This document shows, one piece after another, positions 57,360 to 64,000 of a stretch of 64,000 nucleotides of DNA (the first letter of the stretch is position 1; every line of letters starts with the position of its first letter). The notes beneath the pieces are model-generated. The model ran no database searches and was not told the origin of the DNA. It worked only from the letters and a program-made list of their open reading frames with translations. This DNA comes from an uncultured virus (IMG/VR IMGVR_UViG_3300010352_001897) (lineage: Duplodnaviria; Heunggongvirae; Uroviricota; Caudoviricetes): the IMG/VR virus record IMGVR_UViG_3300010352_001897; one strand, given 5' to 3'. Made by a program: the position numbers and the translations under genes.

Positions 57360-58754
57360 TTAATCCTTCCAATCCCAACCTGAGAACCACAACATAGACT
57401 CTAGCTTTGTGGACTTAGGCGTCTCTGCAGGAGTTTTCTCTGGAGCTTTAGTGGTAGGTGTGAAATTGTTATCCATTGCATCCATGCCTGTGAAATCTGG
57501 CTTGATTCCATTACTACCGATTCTCCTGAATACGGTATTAGGGAATTCAATTGCGGCGATTCCATTTCCAGATTCACCTATTAATTTAGAGCTAACGCTA
57601 GTTCCAGAGGAAGGATTTGAATTTAATAGTTCAACTCGTTCATCTCTGCTAAGAATTGGTTCATATACATACCCAGGATGCATTGCATTTAAATTCTCAG
57701 CATTGTCTACTGTATAGACTAATTGAATTTTCCCTGGGAATTGAGTATATTCTCCTTTTTTGTCCGGAGTAATTATTGTGAACACGTATGCTCTCTGGTG
57801 AGTATGAATTCCTTTATTTGCGGTCTTAATATCGTTAGTTCTTTCAATTGAGAATGACTGAAGGAATAATAGAGAATAATCCACCTTTAGTGGTAAAGAG
57901 TAGTTATGTCCAATGTCAGTCTTAACTGAGTCTCTAATGTCAGCAGGAAGTGCGTTTATTAGTGTGTTAGGGCTTAGGGATATTGCAGGATTGGCACCAC
58001 TAAGTTCTGTGGTGTCATTGATTCCATAGGCCATATCATCACCCAAAGATGCTGATTTCTTATATGAAGCAATTACGTCATTATTATTGCTAACGTACCA
58101 ATCTATTGCATATTCAATACTCTCACAATCAGATCCTTGAATATACTTTTCCTTAATAATTCTTTTCCATTCTGCAATATTTTCTGAAGAATCTTTCGAG
58201 TAATTAATATACCCAATAAACTTATCGGCCAATTTAGTTGCAGATTCAGATACCGTCATATAACACTGAATTGCCATCTTATCAGATTCGTCAACAATAA
58301 TTGATTCATCAATAAACTTCTTAAAAATTGCCTGGAAATTCTTATTACTAAATTTGTTTGAATAGTATGGATTATTTGCATAATATTCAGTCTTTAGCTT
58401 CCCATTATCATCTTTTCTATAAGACTTTAGATTAGGGAATCTAAGAAAGTATGAAGTCTGGATCTTATTAGTGGTAAGTCCAGTACCCTTCATTAGTTCA
58501 CTGAGATATGGATATATCATGATATTTCTAATGTCAGTAGAAGAAGCATCCGCTGAAGTAGATTTTAAACCGTGCTTATAGCTTAGGGATGCATTTCCCG
58601 AATGTCCACCGCCAGTTCCGCTATTCCTAAGCATCTTTCCATTAAGTATTACTTGAAACCCTGCCTGGATATATTGCTTTGTTGGAAAGAATAGTGCTTC
58701 AGTGTGTGCTCTATCTAAGATTGCACCTTCTAGGGCTACCTTACTATACTGCAT
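57360..58754 (-). CDS. hypothetical late protein
   Basis: 464-aa ORF in structural operon. Confidence 0.75.
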   Translation of the reverse strand: MQYSKVALEGAILDRAHTEALFFPTKQYIQAGFQVILNGKMLRNSGTGGGHSGNASLSYKHGLKSTSADASSTDIRNIMIYPYLSELMKGTGLTTNKIQTSYFLRFPNLKSYRKDDNGKLKTEYYANNPYYSNKFSNKNFQAIFKKFIDESIIVDESDKMAIQCYMTVSESATKLADKFIGYINYSKDSSENIAEWKRIIKEKYIQGSDCESIEYAIDWYVSNNNDVIASYKKSASLGDDMAYGINDTTELSGANPAISLSPNTLINALPADIRDSVKTDIGHNYSLPLKVDYSLLFLQSFSIERTNDIKTANKGIHTHQRAYVFTIITPDKKGEYTQFPGKIQLVYTVDNAENLNAMHPGYVYEPILSRDERVELLNSNPSSGTSVSSKLIGESGNGIAAIEFPNTVFRRIGSNGIKPDFTGMDAMDNNFTPTTKAPEKTPAETPKSTKLESMLWFSGWDWKD

Positions 58755-58969
58755 TACACAACTCCGACGCTAGACTTCAAAGCTACAGTATTGAAGCTTT
58801 TAGTTTCTGGTATCTCAACCTCTACGGATTGATCACCAATTGCTTCAAACATTGAAGTTTTCTTGGAGCTAGCCTCTGTTAATGCTTTTTTAGGAATAAT
58901 TGACGATTTATCTATTTCATTAATGCTTTCAGTCAGTGCCATATAGTCGTCGGATGTTATGAATTTCAT
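58754..58969 (-). CDS. hypothetical late protein
   Basis: TAAATA plus GAGGG SD on minus strand. Confidence 0.7.
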   Translation of the reverse strand: MKFITSDDYMALTESINEIDKSSIIPKKALTEASSKKTSMFEAIGDQSVEVEIPETKSFNTVALKSSVGVV

Positions 58970-59037
58970 GAGTCCCTCTTAATTATTTATTTCGTTTAAT
59001 AGTAATCTTTATTAATAAATAAAAATCGGAGGTAAAC

Positions 59038-60126
59038 ATGTCAGCGTCGAACATTCCAGGCAAATTAAGATTCACTAATCAAGGCGGAGTAGTATTTGGG
59101 GATAGTGTTGCAAATGATGTTATTTTAGAAGAGGGGTGGTTGGCAATTAATACAGACTCAGATGTCATTAATATCCATGACGGAGTCACTAAAGGGGGAG
59201 TCTCACAAGTTCAAACTGTACCTTATGGATCAAAGGGCCTATCTTATGTTAATGGATCAATCATTGCTCCAACAAAAATAATTTGTGCAAATACCAATGA
59301 TAATAGGGGAAACAGTTCAGGGTCAAAATATAGAGGATGTTTTGCGACAAAAGACCTATTGATATCTGAATTAACTATTGAAAAAACCCCGTCATTGTCG
59401 ATTGGAGACACTGCAGAGGTAATTACAAATCCATATGTAATTGACACATACGTATGGGTGCAATCTCAATATGATAACTCGTATTTTTGGGCGTGGGATA
59501 AACTAATTAAAGGTGGACTAATTTATTCAACCAAATTTTATGATTTCCCTAATACATATGAAGGTACCTCAACGTGGATCTCAACAGGTAGTGGCAGAGC
59601 AATCACGTTGTCTTATTGGGATTCAACATCTCCAGTATCTCCAAGTAGATCTACTCTTGGAAGAAAACCAATAATTCCCGTCGAAGCCTTTAAGTTGGGA
59701 TGTAATTTCAGGTGGAGATTTGTGGGAGGATATCCAATGTTTGACACAGGGGCGACATTCTCAATTAGAATCCAAGTAAATGGTAAAATAATATCAGAGA
59801 TACCATTCACTAGAAGTAATTTATTTACATATAATCCAACATTTCCTACGGGAAATGTGCAAAAAGGTGGAGATTGGAGTGGGTGGTTCACGATTCAGCC
59901 TGATGCTAGGGCAGGTACTATGGGAACACAATACTCATCAAGGGGACATTCGTTAGGAGTATTAGATGCCGCCTCTAGTGCATCTTGGACTGTTGCCTCG
60001 GATACTGCAGTGGCATCAACTGCAATGCCATCTGTTGATCAGACGTTTGCAGTGTTGTTATATAGTTCCGTGACATCTCCTAATGCCGGTATTCATGACT
60101 ATTTTGAATTAGAAGTTGTGGCCTAG
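59038..60126 (+). CDS. tail fibre-like protein (Mtd N-terminal-like motif)
   Basis: EG.LAINTD..I.IHDGVTKGG. Confidence 0.65.
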   Translation: MSASNIPGKLRFTNQGGVVFGDSVANDVILEEGWLAINTDSDVINIHDGVTKGGVSQVQTVPYGSKGLSYVNGSIIAPTKIICANTNDNRGNSSGSKYRGCFATKDLLISELTIEKTPSLSIGDTAEVITNPYVIDTYVWVQSQYDNSYFWAWDKLIKGGLIYSTKFYDFPNTYEGTSTWISTGSGRAITLSYWDSTSPVSPSRSTLGRKPIIPVEAFKLGCNFRWRFVGGYPMFDTGATFSIRIQVNGKIISEIPFTRSNLFTYNPTFPTGNVQKGGDWSGWFTIQPDARAGTMGTQYSSRGHSLGVLDAASSASWTVASDTAVASTAMPSVDQTFAVLLYSSVTSPNAGIHDYFELEVVA

Positions 60127-60128
60127 AA

Positions 60129-61040
60129 TTACCACTGAGCGAAAGGCTTCTTTCCATACTTAGGATGGTTGGTAATATTTTTGGCCTCAGGTGGAACTTC
60201 CTCTGGTCTGAATAGTACGTCATCCTTATTATCTAGTTTCTTAAAGAATAGATCGGTATTGTCGGTTGGGATCACTGGACCGTTGTTTACAACAGACCCA
60301 ACTTCTAATGTATTTGTCTGATCAAACTTCTGTTGAACGTAGTCATTAGTATTCATAGAATCGCTCCTAACGTCAGTTGCCACTTCTTTGTGATCATCCT
60401 TATAGCCCTTAAGACCAAATTTAAAATAATAGCTTCTTAGTGAAAATGATAGCTCTGGAATCTTTTCGTTTACGTCAGTTATTACGTACAACTCCTCTAT
60501 CCATTCTGGCTTTATTAAGTCTCCTGCCTTTGGGAAGATTTGTTGTGCAGAATATCCATGGTAGTTGAAATCAGCATATCCTCTTTGAGATATCCAAGGA
60601 TTGTGTTTATTAGGATCTAATTCTGGGACAATGCCATTCTCTTTGAGATTTCTCATATTGTGTATGAAAAACATATCTTTGTGAACTATTACTGAAGTTT
60701 CATCTAACGATAATGCTCCAAATCTGGATAATTTCATCAATTCAGGTTGAACTACAGTATCACCACATACTTTAGTGTGAAACACTCTTATAATATCTTG
60801 AACCTGATTTCCCACATACACTGGCTTTTTAGTGGTCTTTAGAGTTGTAACATAATATATGGCTTGGGCACCCTTCTGTTCAACATATTGTCTAGCAATA
60901 TTGTTATAATGACTCTGGTTTGCAAATTTGTTATGTAGTTGGAAATATGGGTTGAATGAATCAGTTATATTATTATGCTCATCAGCTAATACTTCAGGTG
61001 CTCTCCTAGGAATGTAAAATGTCCAACCTTGCTCTTCCAT
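60129..61040 (-). CDS. neck/head-completion protein (T4 gp14-like)
   Basis: NPYF, LSRFG..LDE, PKAGDLI, LY.ITDV. Confidence 0.65.
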   Translation of the reverse strand: MEEQGWTFYIPRRAPEVLADEHNNITDSFNPYFQLHNKFANQSHYNNIARQYVEQKGAQAIYYVTTLKTTKKPVYVGNQVQDIIRVFHTKVCGDTVVQPELMKLSRFGALSLDETSVIVHKDMFFIHNMRNLKENGIVPELDPNKHNPWISQRGYADFNYHGYSAQQIFPKAGDLIKPEWIEELYVITDVNEKIPELSFSLRSYYFKFGLKGYKDDHKEVATDVRSDSMNTNDYVQQKFDQTNTLEVGSVVNNGPVIPTDNTDLFFKKLDNKDDVLFRPEEVPPEAKNITNHPKYGKKPFAQW

Positions 61041-61119
61041 ATCTAAATTATTTATTATGCTGGCGAAAATGCCATTTTATATGGGCCTAAAATAAATAAC
61101 ATTACGGAGAATTACCATC

Positions 61120-63204
61120 ATGGCAATAACAAATCAATTAAAAGGTGCGGCTGGGATAGAGTTCGTAACCAATGATTTAAGCGCAAACAGTGCGGTAGAT
61201 GACAATTCGTTTAAAGTCGGCTTGGTAGGATGGACTCCACAAGGCCCTTCAAATAAAGTAGTCAGCATTACTAATACAAATCAACTATACTCGATTTTCG
61301 GAACCCCAACTAAGCAGTCTAAGAACAATCAGTTACTTTATGCCGCAAAGCTCCTTTTGGACACTGGTGCGGTTGTTAAGGTTGTTCGTCAAATTGAAGG
61401 TGCGGTTGAAAATTTGGACGCAGTAGGTGTTGTGTTTAATTCAGTCAACCTTCTACCTGAAGAGATTGTGCTTTCAGGTGGATACTCTGGAGGATACTCT
61501 GGACTTCCAACCTATTCTGGAGTATATAGCGGATACACTGCAGTATCAAATCCAATTGACGTTGTTCTTGATAAACAGCCAAATATTGATATTACTGAAC
61601 TCCCAGACTCGAATTCACCATTTACTCTAGCATCTAGATATCCTGGATTCAAGGGATTTGCAGTAACTATTCAGACCTATTCCTACTTTGGAGTTCCAAA
61701 CGGTGGGGCTGATGAATCATATTTGGTGAGCGGAGTTCGTCCAGCTAACGTCGATACTCTAACCTCTAAGCAGATCGAACAGGACATTGAATTCACTTCA
61801 TATGTCATCGGTGAGGGGCTATATGACACCACTAAGGATAGATTCTTTCCATCCGAAACTTATGAGATCCTTGATGATTACGACACTCCAGTCACCGTGA
61901 CAGGCGTGTTTAAGAGGTATAATAGCGAAACCAGCGTATGGACCGTTAATGCTAATTTGACCACTTTCATCCACTCCTTTGGTATTATCAGAGTGTATGC
62001 AAGCACAACTAGCACAACTCCTGTGCAGGTAATCCCTTTCACCAGATACAACTATGTGACTGGCGGAAACAGACAGTTGAAGCTAAATGAAGTTACTAAG
62101 AGCAACACCATTGTTATTGGTATGATTAATGAAGGCTTCACTTCTCCTTGGATCGGTCAGGTTCCATATGTTATTACCAGAGCACCTGCAAATGGTTCTG
62201 TGATTTCGAGATATGTCACTTCTCCAGTATATCTACAGCTTTTGGGAGGCACTACTGTAACTGATACTTCTACTTTTGACTATGCTAAGGGCTGGTCATT
62301 GTTTAAGGATATTAGTGCCGTCAACCTTAACCTCCTATGTGCCGCAGGTACTACTGTAGGTAATTTCGGAAACAGATATGAGGCATTTGAGACTATCAAT
62401 ACTTCAGTAATCGTTTCCATGTTGGAAGTTTGTACTGCAAGAAAAGATTGTGTTGCAATCTTTGATCTACCTAAGAGACAGAACATCAGTGATTTGATTG
62501 AATTGGTTGAACAGTATGTTCCAAGCATTGGACAGGAATCTGGTGGATCTAATGCTACCTTTGAAAGCTTCTGGGGTGGTATGTTTGACGGTCGTCAGAT
62601 GATGTTTGATACCTTCAATAAGAAAGACGTTGAAGTAGCAATTACTGCATTTGTTGCCCAGAATTACACTAATGTATATTTGAAGAATTTCCCTTGGAGT
62701 ATTGTTGCGGGTACTACTAGAGGTAGTATTGCTTACCCTTCAAATAGCACTAAGTATCCACGTAGCTACCCTGAGGAAGTTGGGGCATTGTCCAGTGCAA
62801 GAATCAACTCTTGCAGAATGTTTGATGGTCAAATTCTTTGGAGTGAAGCAACTCTTCAGGCAAAGAATACTGCATTGAACAGAATGCACGTTGCTTCCTT
62901 GCTAGCATACATTTACGGAAAACATCGTAAACAGTTGACTCCATTCATATTTGAACTTAATACCCCTGAGCTTAGGAAGACTGTAACCAACCTAGTCGAG
63001 AGCAACATGGATTACATTAAGTCCAATAAGGGTGTGTATGAATATGTTGTTATCTGTAATGATACTAACAATACTCCAGAGACAATTGACAACAATCAAC
63101 TGATCGTTGACTTGGCAATTGAACCAGCTAAGGGTGTTGAAGTCATCACTTTCAGAAGCACCATATATCGTACAAACGGAATCATTGAAGCAGGCTTACT
63201 ATAA
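61120..63204 (+). CDS. contractile tail sheath protein
   Basis: GWT.QGP..FG.P, RKDCVAIFD, LNR.HV, FE.N, V.CN.TNNTPE.ID.N..V.LAI.P. Confidence 0.93.
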   Translation: MAITNQLKGAAGIEFVTNDLSANSAVDDNSFKVGLVGWTPQGPSNKVVSITNTNQLYSIFGTPTKQSKNNQLLYAAKLLLDTGAVVKVVRQIEGAVENLDAVGVVFNSVNLLPEEIVLSGGYSGGYSGLPTYSGVYSGYTAVSNPIDVVLDKQPNIDITELPDSNSPFTLASRYPGFKGFAVTIQTYSYFGVPNGGADESYLVSGVRPANVDTLTSKQIEQDIEFTSYVIGEGLYDTTKDRFFPSETYEILDDYDTPVTVTGVFKRYNSETSVWTVNANLTTFIHSFGIIRVYASTTSTTPVQVIPFTRYNYVTGGNRQLKLNEVTKSNTIVIGMINEGFTSPWIGQVPYVITRAPANGSVISRYVTSPVYLQLLGGTTVTDTSTFDYAKGWSLFKDISAVNLNLLCAAGTTVGNFGNRYEAFETINTSVIVSMLEVCTARKDCVAIFDLPKRQNISDLIELVEQYVPSIGQESGGSNATFESFWGGMFDGRQMMFDTFNKKDVEVAITAFVAQNYTNVYLKNFPWSIVAGTTRGSIAYPSNSTKYPRSYPEEVGALSSARINSCRMFDGQILWSEATLQAKNTALNRMHVASLLAYIYGKHRKQLTPFIFELNTPELRKTVTNLVESNMDYIKSNKGVYEYVVICNDTNNTPETIDNNQLIVDLAIEPAKGVEVITFRSTIYRTNGIIEAGLL

Positions 63205-63252
63205 GTGAGCCTTTTATTTGGTAAAAATAAATAAAAGAAAGGGAAGTTAAAA

Positions 63253-63924
63253 ATGGCATTAGACAAAAGAAATGGATACTTTGTAACGGCAATGTCCTCA
63301 CTTAGGGATCCTATACGCACCTCTCACTGGAGACTCCGTTTTAACGTACCTTTAATCAAGGCCGAAATCGGAGGGGATTTGATTCCTGACGTTAACACTG
63401 ATGATGATATTGCCGTAATGGTAAAGACTTCATCAGTGCCTAAGGTAATTATTAATTCTGTTGAATCTTGGTATATGGGTCAGAAGATTTATTTCCAGAC
63501 CAACACTGAATACGATAAGGAGAGTAACTTCAACATTCAGGAAACTGCAGATGTTAGAGGTTTCAGATTCCTAGGACAGTGGAGCGAACTAGCCCATAAC
63601 ACTGACCTATATCAGCTTGGATCACTAGGTACTTCGGTAATTAATCCAAATACTCAGAGAGGTGTTAACTTGGGCTCTGCTAAGTTCCCAGGAAATGCTG
63701 ATGGCGGTAGAAGTGTTGTTAGGAATAGTGGCTGGATGTTTCTTGAGCTATATGATTACACTACTGGTGAAACAATCCTTAGAGTTGAATACATTAACGT
63801 GTGGCCTTCTTCTTTGGGTGGTTTTGAGCTAGCGTATGAGAATCCTGATCTTGCCAAGTATACTGCAACATTTACTCACGATTACTATCGAATAATTCTT
63901 CCGAATAACGGAGTAATAGTCTAA
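63253..63924 (+). CDS. tail tube protein (T4 gp19-like)
   Basis: follows sheath; NVWPS.LG..ELAY..Y.ATF..DY. Confidence 0.85.
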   Translation: MALDKRNGYFVTAMSSLRDPIRTSHWRLRFNVPLIKAEIGGDLIPDVNTDDDIAVMVKTSSVPKVIINSVESWYMGQKIYFQTNTEYDKESNFNIQETADVRGFRFLGQWSELAHNTDLYQLGSLGTSVINPNTQRGVNLGSAKFPGNADGGRSVVRNSGWMFLELYDYTTGETILRVEYINVWPSSLGGFELAYENPDLAKYTATFTHDYYRIILPNNGVIV

Positions 63925-63925
63925 G

Positions 63926-63949
63926 AAAACCCCCGCAAGGGGGTTTTTT
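63926..63949 (+). terminator. intrinsic terminator
   Basis: AAAACCCCC-GCAA-GGGGGTTTTTT. Confidence 0.9.
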
Positions 63950-64000
63950 ATTTCTAGCAATAAATATAATTAATGCATCTAAACAAGAAAAATGGATATT

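Larger units (their letters stand above)
33597..63966. promoter_or_regulatory. T4-like late promoter motif TAAATA upstream of late genes
   Basis: seen shortly upstream of starts at 33609, 37397, 41275, 44960, 45190, 46957, 47471, 50237, 52350, 58969(-), 59038, 61040(-), 61120. Confidence 0.75.

Noticed and set aside
1..64000. Stop-codon reassignment as in some large phages
   Set aside because: Sheath, tube, terminase and other long genes are intact in code 11, and TAA, TAG and TGA all end genes.

Overview
This is a 64-kb segment of a large T4-like (myovirus/jumbo-type) phage genome, read in the standard genetic code. All family calls come from motif recognition by eye; no searches were run. 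It has four parts. (1) 1-6.1 kb: AT-rich small hypothetical genes plus a secreted GH16 glucanase with a T9SS-like C-terminal tail. (2) 6.1-6.75 kb: a candidate replication origin with 11-bp tandem repeats, DnaA boxes and a strand-composition switch. (3) About 8.2-33.3 kb: a more GC-rich, almost entirely plus-strand early/host-takeover island of short promoter-gene-terminator cassettes (TTGACA-N17-TACATT promoters). It is punctuated by 17 copies of a ~46-bp element (ATTTAGTATAG-N11-TGTCAAG...TCTAGAA) and shares a covarying 5' leader hairpin. At least eight cassettes have no credible ORF and look like structured ncRNA genes, one with an embedded tRNA-like fold. The island also holds a group I intron-containing tRNA-Lys, two sigma-like genes, an ArfA-like non-stop ORF, an L7/L12-like protein, a headless prepilin-like protein, DUF932, HNH genes and an IS607-type tnpB element. 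(4) 33.5-64 kb: AT-rich late region with TAAATA promoters. It contains proteins sharing an N-terminal KIVxKGxIYE motif, a tail-fibre-like gene split at a CCC-TGA +1 site, and a second tnpB element whose guide-bearing flank appears inverted between 18-bp inverted repeats. It also has Hsp20, a terminase fractured by an atypically split intein plus endonuclease, and neck, tail-completion, sheath and tube genes.
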